A stretch of 64,000 nucleotides of DNA, from the NCBI GenBank assembly GCA_009103225.1, contig RHPI01003642.1, positions 797,099 to 861,098 of the forward strand. Direction: 5' to 3'. Shown here piece by piece: positions 36,272 through 46,903 of this stretch. The stretch is from Chlorokybus atmophyticus (Eukaryota; Plantae; Mesostigma and Chlorokybus algae). Below the pieces are notes generated by a model, which did no database searches, had not been told where the DNA came from, and was given only the letters and a program-made list of their open reading frames with translations. Made by a program: the position numbers and the translations under genes. Positions within the stretch are counted from its first letter, which is position 1. Each line of letters begins with the position of its first letter.

Positions 36272-37164
36272 TGTATGTAAATGATTGCAATGAGGATGCA
36301 TGTTGTGCGGATTGCCTGAGCACAATTGCGCGTGTGCTGGCATGCATATTTGGTCATGTGAGGTAAAATTGGGTTTGTTGTTGATGTGCGGCGCCTCTGT
36401 AGGTGAGTGCTCTGTACATCAAATGCAGGACATGCATGTGTGTAGTGTCATGGGATGTTCCACAAGCTGAATTTCGTGCGCTGGCACTGCGTGTACATGT
36501 AAGGTTGATGCATCTGTAACCCCTGCAAAAATGCCATCACTGCTGAAAGCAGCCTACCATGCCCGCGTGAACAACCGCATAGGTTGTCAGCATGCTGCAA
36601 CCAGGGTAACATCCCATGTGTACAGACAATGCAAGTGATCATGATACGTGCAACATGCATGACACATGCATTGTTCACAAAGCTCATCATCATGCAATAA
36701 TCATTTACCGGGGTCTACCTCCACTAGCCACACGTAGCTATTGTACTACTGCCTCCAACCCCATACATGCATGCGTTTGTTCATCACCTGCACGCGTGTG
36801 CAGTCAGTTAGTCTTGTGGTTCTTCGCAGCAGCCAGGAGCATGAGCAGTAGACAGACTCCCACTCCCCATCTCGCTCCCGTTCTCCTTCACCCACAGCCT
36901 CACTCCTGCCATTCCCACGCAGCGCTGCATGCGGTAACCCTGGCTGAGGGCCCCTCCGCCCCGCCCCTCCGCCCCGCCCTTGCGCCCTGCCCTGTCAGCA
37001 GCGGTGCTGTCGTACTAGCAGCTGCTGTATGTGCCGGTTAGGCGCTGCCAGTAGGGTTGGGTGGTGGGGTTGGCCTATCGTCGCCGTAGCATGGGCAAGC
37101 TGCACTACCAACAGCCTGCTCCCAATGCATGCCATTGTCATTGCACATGCATGTGTCACGTCCT

Positions 37165-38200
37165 TCAGTCCTTGCGTACAGTATGCACCTGTCGCCGAAG
37201 TTTTTTCACCACTGTTGTGCACAGTAGCTTTGGTGGTGTACAGTACACATACGCATCACTTCGTCCCAGCCTTTGCCGCAACTTCGCCAGCAGCTTCTTC
37301 ATTGGGTAGCCATTGCTTTGCATGGCCGACAGCAGTTTTGCCATAGCCGTCACGAAGTGGGCCTTGTACGTACACACGCGGACAAAGCGTGCGTACTGCG
37401 AGTCGATGACGCCTGGTTTTGTGGTGGACGGCGTGTTTGAGGTCGGCAGTGGTGCTCTGTGGCGTGGTATGGCGCTGTAGGCTGGCGACTGCTGCTTGCT
37501 GTATAGCTCGCCGGAGATGCCATCTTCCGTTTGAAACATTGTCACATCCAAGAAGGGCAGCGTAATACTTTGCGCAGTCTGTGTGACAGTGAGGATGTCT
37601 TCCGGGTACACACCTCCTCCAGGCACATGCGCACCCGTGTACAGGTAGCTTTGCAAATCTGGTACATCCACAACCAGTAAGTCATTGATGTAGCGCAATA
37701 CTCCACGTGCACATTGCATCAGCCGCTGCGTGTCCTTGCAGTCGTAGGCGTTGTACAAAATCCAGTTCGTACATGGTATCCATTTGCTAAATCGACCCCT
37801 GCCGGATTACCCATCGGAATGCCCACGCGCTCAGTTGGTACAACTGATCAGCGGCTGTTCTGATGTACAGGTTGTCCAGCAGGTATTGCAGCATGTCGTA
37901 CAACGACTGCGCAGTTAATGCCCGCCAGCTGCCTTCGTCATCAGTCTGATAATGTGCGCCTGCAGTCCAGCGGTGTAGCACGGAACCATCATGTTGTATA
38001 GTCAGATGCAAGTGTGTTGCCCTCGTGCGCGCGGCTTGCATGCGGAAAGTGGCGTCCACCAAGCGCTTCATGCGCTGCAGCAAATCGCCGTGCTGAATCT
38101 TTGTATAGAGGGTGGTCAAGTCAAAAGTCTAGAGGCACAAGTGCTGCCGCTTGGCAGTGGCTGTTCTTGTGGTGTTAAACAATGATTGGAGGCGGGTCAA
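37165..38200 (-). mobile_element. Degenerate Penelope-like element reverse transcriptase (Naiad/Chlamys-like), 5'-truncated
   Basis: TFDLTTLYTKIQH, YLLDNLYI, GIPMGNPAGVDLAN, RYINDLL (YIDD-like), LPFLDV and VIDSQYARFVRVC...NGY are split over at least three frames by frameshifts. No GIY-YIG domain visible. Confidence 0.85.
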
Positions 38201-38453
38201 TGTATGAGGTAAGGCTACAGCAGGCGCTGCATGCCATCTACATGACGCCTACTCTGAGGCCTAGGTAGGTTGTTGCTGGAGCTGTGGTTGTTGCAAGGAT
38301 TGGCTGCAGAACTGCACAACTTGTGAACAAACAAAGTGCAGAGTATAAGCACGGTCAATCAAGCAAGCTGTCAAACTTGGACACAACTGTCTCTAATTGA
38401 AAAGTGATTGAAGTACTCTAGTGTGCACGCTGTCACATTCCCTCCTTTGTACA

Positions 38454-40315
38454 TCATTGCAGCGCCTCTGGCTTCAACACCCCAACAAAAGGCAGGGATC
38501 GGTAGCGGTTGTCGTAGTCAAGCCCGTAACCCACCACAAAGTCGTCGGGGCACTGCAGCACAGTTGCAACACTCAGTTCATCTCGACTATGGCGAGTCAT
38601 TCATAAGCACTCCATGCAAGTGCCTAAGCCTGCAACGACACTACCAAACCCACCTGGAAACCGACGTAAAGCTTCCCGTGCACGCCATGCGGCCTGAAGT
38701 CCACCTCCCTGCGCTCGGCCTTATCCAACAACACCGCCACACTGACAGACTCCGCTCCCCGCTCCGCCAGCGCCGCCACCAGCGCCGCCATCGTCCGCCC
38801 CGTGTCCACTATGTCCTCAACCTTGACACAGAACCCTCAGCCCCACTCACAAGAGCACTCACAAGCACACACGCCCACACATGCGTGCGCACATGTGTAC
38901 GTGTGCACCCACGCAAGCATGCATTACCCACCCCACCCCCACCCCCACCCCCGACATGCATGCGCGCATTGCCTCGTACCACCACAACATGTCTCCCCGT
39001 CACGTCATCGATTCCCGACAGCGCCACGGTGCCGGATGAGGCGGTGGAGGCGCCGAGGTAGGAGGACGCGCGCGTCACGGCCACGTCGTGCGGCACGCGC
39101 AGGGCGCGGATCAGGTCGGATAGGAACACGAACGCGCCGGTGAGGATCTGAGGCAGGGAGGGAAAGGTTGACAGACAGGCATGCGTGAAGAGGGGGAGAG
39201 AGAGTGAGAGGGAGAGGGAGAGGGAGAGGGAGAGGGAGAGGGAGAGGGNNNNNNNNNNNNNNNNNNNNNNNNNNNNNNNNNNNNNNNNNNNNNNNNNNNN
39301 NNNNNNNNNNNNNNNNNNNNNNNNNNNNNNNNNNNNNNNNNNNNNNNNNNNNNNNNNNNNNNNNNNNNNNNNNNNNNNNNNNNNNNNNNNNNNNNNNNNN
39401 NNNNNNNNNNNNNNNNNNNNNNNNNNNNNNNNNNNNNNNNNNNNNNNNNNNNNNNNNNNNNNNNNNNNNNNNNNNNNNNNNNNNNNNNNNNNNNNNNNNN
39501 NNNNNNNNNNNNNNNNNNNNNNNNNNNNNNNNNNNNNNNNNNNNNNNNNNNNNNNNNNNNNNNNNNNNNNNNNNNNNNNNNNNNNNNNNNNNNNNNNNNN
39601 NNNNNNNNNNNNNGGGAGGAGAGACAGGCAATTCTGCTGTTTGGTTCAGCTTCTTCTTGGCCACGGGTATTGCTGGTGATAAGTGCATTGCGTTGTTTCA
39701 AGTGTAAGCATTGAAGTAGATGTATACCATGCTGGGAGAGCTCAGACTGTTTGTTGTCTCCGTTATTACGAAACTTGCCAGTCATTGTGATTTACCAAAG
39801 ACAATTCTGTTTGTGGATAACAAAGAGCATCATGACTTCTATGACGGACGACTTCAACAAACTGATACAACAGTATGTGTCCATTACTTAGCACCGTAGC
39901 TGAGTGCGTTGTGTAAAATGTTTACCCCAAGCAGCAACAGTCTCTCGTTGCTAGCTCTGGCGTCCCTCTCGATCTCCGCAGCCATCTCCTTCACCCGGGC
40001 TGCCAGGCGCTGCTTATCGAACAGCACCCGCGCCACGTCATCTGCCACATCTCCAAGCAGCACGCCCTCCCCCGCCGCCGCCTGGTGGTGCACGCACTTG
40101 CTCCGGCCAGGCTTAACAAGCAGCCTGACATGAGCAGCGGCGGTGGAGGAGGAGGAGAAGGAGCAGGAGGGTTTGCGTGTAAGCTGGCTACGACAAGTGA
40201 GTGAACGATGTGGTAGTAGAAATGGCTTTCCCAAGGCAGAGGTAGCCGCCTTGAGAGCGCCGCGCATGGCCGCCGCCGCCGCTGCCGCTGCCGCTGCCAG
40301 GCCACAACGGTGCAT
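38454..40315 (-). CDS. hpt: Hypoxanthine(-guanine) phosphoribosyltransferase with an N-terminal extension
   Basis: [20 protein letters not shown]...LLLLG|[16 protein letters not shown]...RASSY, VVV|[11 protein letters not shown] (PRPP motif), VLLDK and [25 protein letters not shown] at 38454-38456. Start at 40315 or 40267. The assembly gap lies inside intron 1. Confidence 0.92.
39197..39248. repeat. (GAGGGA)n purine microsatellite running into the assembly gap
   Basis: Direct reading; the tract abuts the N run. Confidence 0.9.
39249..39613. other. Assembly gap (365 N)
   Basis: N run inside the first HPRT intron. Confidence 1.
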
Positions 40316-41128
40316 GCATTGAGAGCGTAGCGTCGACGCATGGCTTATGCGCCTTTGTTGATGTCGGCGCAAAGGGCGGAACACAAGTAGTTCACTCGGC
40401 TTGATTCACAACCGAGTGCGACGAGTGAGTGAATCAATGAGCAATGTCATTGAACTCGTCTTTCCCCAGGTGCTATTCTGGGGGCCGCGCTCGCTTCCAC
40501 GTGGAGCGCTGACAAGCATCGGCATCTTCATCAGCGGCGGCGGCGGTGGCGGCGGCGGCGGCGAGTGTGGAGCTGGAGCCGTAGTTGTTCTTCTACACCT
40601 GCATCAGGTTTGCATCACGTCATGCAGTGCGTGGTTCTCTCTGATCTGTGCTGGAAACAACAGACTCTTGCGCGCTTGGTTTGGCCTGTCTCCTGGCCTG
40701 TCTAAACTGCACTTTCTGAAAACATATGGAGAACAAGAGTACGAGACTCGTGCAAGTAGCCGTGTTTGAAGCGACTCGCTGAAAGCGCAGTTGATATCAC
40801 GCTGATTGTTCATGCCTAATTGTATCTGTTCCGTGTGCTGTACGTGTAACTGAGTGAAGCAACAACTCCTGCACCTCAGCGCAGCAAGCATCTTCTAGTC
40901 TCTGTCAAGTGTGAGATACGGATTGACGCAGAAACTGTCTCACATGCAAGTCCATTCAGGCGTGAACCAAGCAGACACATCTGTCTGCTTAGCAATCACG
41001 TGTTGGACTCTATCAAGGGATGACTCACTTACAGAGATAAGTATGTTCTAACAGTCTACGTCACAAGTATGCGCTTACAGGGTTGTCGTTCATCAAAAAC
41101 ACGCGTTCATGTTGCACAGGCACACGCA

Positions 41129-44100
41129 ATGCCGCACATAACGCTCGGCGGCCCCGCCTCGCGCGAAGTGGCCGTGTGCTCCTCATCATCATCATCATCA
41201 ATCAAGCGAGTTCACATCTATGCTGATGCGGAGCACGCCGCTCACGCAGCATCCGCCATCATCGCCGACATCCTCAACCGCACCAAGAACAGCCCATCCG
41301 GTTGCTCACTGGGGCTCGCCACAGGGAACTCACCCATACACGTAAGACAAACAAGTTGTTGTTGGGTTGTCATCGTTGCATTCACCAGAGACGCGCGCAC
41401 AAGCACGCGCACGCATGCACACACGCGCGTGCACACACCCACATGTCTCATACAACATGTGTGTGTCCCAGGTGTACGACGAGTTGGTAAGGCTTCACAA
41501 ATATGGCGCAGTCTCCTTCTCTCACGCGCGAACATTCAACCTCGACGAGTACTACCCCATCCCCCACTCCTCTCCCCAAAGCTACCACTCCTTCATGCGT
41601 GCTCACCTCTTCGAGCGTGTCGATCTCGACCCCGCACGCGCACACGTGCCGGACGGGGAAGTGGGTGCTAAGGAAGTTGATGAGTATTGCCGCGAGTACG
41701 AGCGGAAGGTTGTTGAGGTGGGAGGAGGGGTGGATGTGCAGATACTGGGAATCGGAAGGACGGGACATGTTGGGTTCAATGAACCGGGAAGCGCGAGGGA
41801 CTCCGTCACGCGGCTGGTTCGCCTCGACAAGGTAAATGTGTTGAGTCAAACAATTGTCGACATGTGCGTGTTGGTGTGCGTGTGCATGCATGAGTGTTAG
41901 TGAAGCGAACTTTGCCTTATCGTAAACTCAGGTCACCAGAGTGGACGCGGCAAGCGATTTCTTTGGGGAGGCAAACGTGCCAAAGCATGCCATCACAATG
42001 GGTATGGGCACAATTATGCGGGTGAGTACCGATAACGAACATGCCAGATCTGTTGCAGGTCTGTATGCACGTGGGCGTGGCGGATGTGTGCACGCGTGCT
42101 CTGTTGTACACTACTTCAGCCCGTGCTTGCGTGCACCACCCAATGTTTCATCTGTATCAGGCCAAGAAGATCATCCTGCTAGCATTCGGCGAGAACAAAG
42201 CCGCCATCATCAAACGCGCCCTCGAGGGCCCCGTTACACCCGACATCCCCGCAAGCTTCCTGCAAGTCAGTGCAGTGGACACCCACTAACCCACCCACCC
42301 ACACATGTTGACTCACTCACCCTCCCCACACGCACGCAGACCCATCCCGACGTGACCGTGTTGCTCGACGACGCCGCGTCCTCCTCCTTGACATCTGTTG
42401 CGACGCCGTGGCTGGTGCCGGGTTTGGCGTCCTCCCTCGACTGGCGTAGCGCGGGGAAAGGGAGTGATGCTTCAGCTTCACTCCTGGAGGCGAAGGCTGT
42501 CACGTGGTTGGCAAAGCAACGCGGCAAAGGGATTATGAGACTCGATGAGGACGACTACCTCGAGGCCGGACTCGGGGTGAGTTGTGGGGGACTGTTTGTG
42601 GCTGACTTGTGTTTGGTTGGTTGGTTGTGTACATGTGAACAATATTGTATGCTTCACTTTAGCTGCCTGTATGCCGCAGCAGTTCACGCAGCTCTATGTA
42701 TCTCCCCCTGCAGGACTTGGTGGATTGCTACCCCTCTGCTGCTGCGCTCAATGCAGATGTGTTCCAGCGCCTGTCGGCAACCATAACCACCTCCCCAGGC
42801 ACATTCAACCCGCCCGACACGCAGGTGTGAGCCACACTCACGTGTGGATGGATGGATGAGTGCGTGCATGCGTGAACGCAGAACGCATGCGCATGTGAAT
42901 GCATGAGCACGCGCGTGCGTATATGCATGCATGCATGCATGCGTGTGTGCCTGTGTTTGTGCGTGCGTGAGTGCGTGTATGGCTGTATGAGAATGCATGC
43001 ATGGGTATATGCGTCAGTGCGTGCGTGTATGCGTGCGTGCGTGCGTGCGTGCGTGTGTCCACCTGTACATCATCAATAACAACCAATTCTTTCTTCCTGG
43101 CAGGGTGGTGACAAGGGCAAGTTGACAGCTGACGGCTTGCATGTGAGCGCCGTCTCCGGCGTGTCCACAACATCATCCTCGGACCCGCGGCGTGTGTTGG
43201 TGCTTTCCCCTCACCCGGACGATGACGTCATCTCCATGGGTGGCACCCTCGCCAACCTCGCGAACACCCAACACGACAACAACAACAATAACATTGAAGT
43301 GCATGTGGCGTACCAGACCAGCGGGTGCATCGCCGTCCACGACCACGACGCCCTGCGATACGCACGCTTCGCCGACGCGTGGGACAGGGAGACCGCTATG
43401 GTGGGAGAAGCAACGCAGGACCAACGCAAAGGCGTGCCCTCGCTGGCGCAAGAAGCGGTGAAGACGGTCCAGACTGCCCTCGCCAACAAAGCACCCGCGC
43501 AGGTGAGACAACAAGTTGTTGGTGGTGGTGGTGGTGGGTTACATGTTGGGTATATGCTCTCCAGGTGGATGCGCTCGTGGTGCAGCGGTTAAAGACGCTG
43601 ATACGCGAAGAGGAGGCGCGCAGTGCGGCGAGGAGTTGCGGGGTGCGGGACGGCAACATGCATTTCCTCAACATGCCTTTCTATGAGACAGGTTCGTTGC
43701 GAGTGTTGTTGTGCGCTTGTACGCGCGTGCACAAGTGCTTATACAAGTCTGTCGTGCAGGCGCTGTAGTTAAGAAGCCATTGTCCGAGGAGGACGTTAAC
43801 ATCGTTGTGGATCTCTTTGAGCGCATCCGGCCTTACCAGGTGACAGCTACTCACCATTGATGTACACACCCACAGTTGTGCTGTTCGCTCTCCTGCATAA
43901 GCGCGCACGCGCGCATGCGCGCATGCAACCACCAACCAACGCGCATGCGCGCATGCATCAAAACAGATCTATGCGGCTGGTGACCTGTCGGACCCACATG
44001 GGACACACCGGACGTGCCTGGCGGCAATCCTGCGTGCCCTGCGCATCGTCAGCCAGCGCGCATGGTTCACCGCTCAACACACGCGCGTCTACCTCTACCG

Positions 44101-44517
44101 AGGCGCATGGCAGGTAATTGCGCAAACACGCACACGTACACGCACATGTACACACATTTTTTTTTTGCAACATTAGGAGTGGGAGGCGTACGAGGCTTCA
44201 ATGGCCGTGCCAATGGATGCCGTGGCTATGTCGCGCAAGACGGCGGGTATATGGCACCACCAGTCTCAGAAAGACCCGGCGCCGTTCCCGGGAAGCGACC
44301 CGCGCGAGTTCTGGCAGCGGGCTCGCGCCCGCAACGGACACACCGCCGACGTGAGTGAGAGTGTTCATGTTTGAGTGAGTTAATGGGAAGTATGTGGTCA
44401 GTGGTGATGAAGGAGGGTGTGTGCTTATGTGTGGGGATGGGTGTGCAGGTGTACAGGGGAATGGGGCTTGGAGATTGGGAGGGCATGGAGCTGTTTGTGG
44501 AGTTGCGATTGGAGTAG
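41129..44517 (+). CDS. nagB: Long-form glucosamine-6-phosphate deaminase fused to a PIG-L/LmbE-like deacetylase domain (Bacteroidetes-type NagB architecture)
   Basis: NagB motifs LGLATGNSP, TFNLDEY, LGIGRTGHVGFNEPGS, AITMG and PASFLQ. C-terminal domain VLVLSPHPDDDVISMGGTL, AYQTSG, HFLNMPFYET, IYAAGDLSDPHGTH, YRGAWQEW, HQSQKD...DPREFWQRA. About 11 GT-AG introns; TAG at 44515-44517. Confidence 0.92.
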
Positions 44518-46263
44518 AGAGGGGGTGCCACTTGTATCGGCCGCCCCCGAGTTTGCGCACGCATTCAGGAGGGAGTTGCTTACGACGTGTAGTATGTAGT
44601 GTGTTGTCTCGCATTCAGTCATGCAACTTTTCAACGGTGCAACAAGCAAGATGCAAGCCGGGTGTCTCTTGACACCTGTGGTGTGCAGACACTCATGGCT
44701 GCTACTGCAGTTGGTTCCTGCACTGTATGCATAGGGTATACACTGCGCATGCCATATGCAAACACACATTCATACACCACACTGCACTGCTACAGCAATA
44801 CTCCGCCTCTTCCTCCTGCAGAACAAGAATACAGTTTAATGCGTGTTATTAGAAGCGACGATTTGAAGCAACAAGCAAAACATGCTAATATCTTTTCTAC
44901 AAGTCATACATTGCAGCACTCACTGCACATTCATTGATGTGCAGTGAATGCTGCACACCATTGACATGCGGCTATGTACAAGGTTACAACTACCATACCG
45001 ATGCGTATTCAAACAACTGTAAAGTATATAATTGTATGTCATGGTTCACACCTTATCGACACAATGCTGAATCCGAATCAAACATTGTCAAGCCATTGAC
45101 TGTAACATGGCTCATGAACGGTATGTTGCAATGCACGTTATATAGCTGTTTGCAATGGCAAGCGCGTGACTTGTTATGAAAAGAACAGTTTTCAACACAT
45201 TATGACTCTCTACAGTACTCAACAATATTAAATCCATGCGTTTGGTATAGAGTGTTACCATAGATTCCTACATCCTATACAATGCGGTATTCAATCAATT
45301 CCAATGCGGCGCGCGAAGTGCAAGATTGTCATGTTAGATGTAAATTTCGTTATCATTTCATAAATCGCATTTAAAAATAGTTGTACATTATCATAATGTA
45401 CAATGTATGATACCCATACATGAATATTGATTTTTTTATCATTGCTTGGTCTGCTTTGAACAATCAATTCATTGCATTGGTTCCAACATTCGGTACATAG
45501 CTTTCGAATCGTATATTATATTGCTTGACGCGGCATTGATAAGTCAAGATCAACGTACGTTGATTGAGTAACATATACATCGCTTAACTACTAGTAGTAC
45601 CAATACTACAAGATGTACCAATGCTAGTAACACTTATGCACACAGAAAATCTTACATACGCTGACGATTGATACTTTTATTTAAACGGTTTCTATATTGT
45701 GAGCACCGCGATTTTCTTACGCCTCTTGCAAAGGCGACACGCGATTACTGAATGTGTAGCAATGATAAGTTGACATGAAACCAAATTAAGTAGGTGTCTT
45801 ATGCATAAACACACTCTATGATTTTTACATTCTGAAAACCGCATATACGCCATTTTCTCATGCGAGCAGTGATACTTACAACAAACGTGACCAAAGCAAC
45901 CACACACGCCAATTGTACATAACCACACGAGCATACCGCTATCACCCCACAAAACCAAGCAACATACAACAAAACGTTAAGACTCAATTGCTGTTGGAGC
46001 ACCCTTCTTTGCTGCATGCGATCTACAGCTCGAATGCCAAGTGCATAATGCACCACCAACTCGTCAACCACAACCGCATTTGCATGACGCATCTCAAGCT
46101 CTTCCTTGGTAGTGGGTCGCACCTGTGGAAGATATCCAAGACGATTCCTCAAAAGCCGAACACTGCCATTGGCAGAAGCCAAGGCATTATAATACCTCCC
46201 CGCGGCATTGTCGTCTACGATGCTAATCACACGATCTTGTCAAGCGATTGTTGCCGCCCTATA

Positions 46264-46903
46264 TGTTACGACAAGGGTCCGGCCATCTTAGCCATAAAAG
46301 ACCATGGTGGGAATTATGGCTATATCAATTCTTATGTATTACGCCCTAGCCCTCTGGCTACCGTAACACACCTCCCCATTAGAACCTTAGCACGCCCTCG
46401 TGCTAATTCTTATAGGGTTCTCACAGCCCTCTGCCCGACGGGCGACCGAGCTGTCACGACCAACGCTTCTCTCGGCCGGCGCCTTTGCGCGCCGCAACGC
46501 GGCTTGCCCAGCCCGCGTTGTCGTGCTTCGTTCGCAATCCAGCAAACGTTCTTCGCTCGCAATCCAGCAAACGTTCTTCGTACGCAATCCAGCGAACGTT
46601 CTTGCGACCGGCGCACCGCGTCGCATTTCTCACCGTCCCCCCTCGTTCCTTCCAACCGCGACTTTCCCAAGGTCGCGGGTCCAACCGCGGCTTGCCAGGC
46701 CGCGGGTCCCAGAATCTTTGCCAACCGAAAACGTCACAGCTCTATCCCCCTTGGGAGTCGAGCCTGCGACCTTTAGGTTGTCAGCTCACGATACCAATTG
46801 TTACGACAAGGGTCCGGCCATCTTAGCCATAAAAGACCATGGTGGGAATTATGGCTATATCAATTTTTATGTATTACGCCCTAGCCCTTTGGCTACCGTA
46901 ACA
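46264..46903 (-). mobile_element. Complete TRIM (terminal-repeat retrotransposon in miniature), 640 bp
   Basis: 105-bp LTRs at 46264-46368 and 46799-46903 (TGTTAC...GTAACA; two C/T differences). Perfect 5-bp TSD CTATA at 46259-46263 and 46904-46908. Minus-strand PBS TGGTATCGTGAGC at 46796-46784 and PPT-like AATGGGGAGGTG at 46380-46369. No gag/pol motifs. Confidence 0.95.
46533..46606. repeat. Three copies of a 25-bp unit inside the TRIM
   Basis: CGCAATCCAGC(A/G)AACGTTCTT repeated at 46533, 46558 and 46583. Confidence 0.9.

Noticed and set aside
36700-38200. Search for a hammerhead ribozyme associated with the Penelope element
   Set aside because: The only minus-strand CTGATGA lies inside RT coding sequence (about 37928-37934) and lacks the matching stems and GAAA core.
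39005-39785. ORFs of 164-227 aa spanning the N run
   Set aside because: Artefacts of translating the gap and the (GAGGGA)n microsatellite inside an HPRT intron.
38454-44517. Bacterial contamination as the source of hpt and nagB
   Set aside because: Both genes are interrupted by multiple canonical GT-AG introns that restore the reading frame, so they are eukaryotic nuclear genes.
46533-46606. Short repeats resembling a mini CRISPR array
   Set aside because: The units are directly adjacent with only 2-nt variation and no spacers. The context is eukaryotic, and there are no cas genes.
46745-46800. Possible tRNA-Val(GAC) gene
   Set aside because: No acceptor stem or complete D-arm, and the anticodon and T stems mispair. 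Reported only as a tRNA-like tract inside the TRIM.
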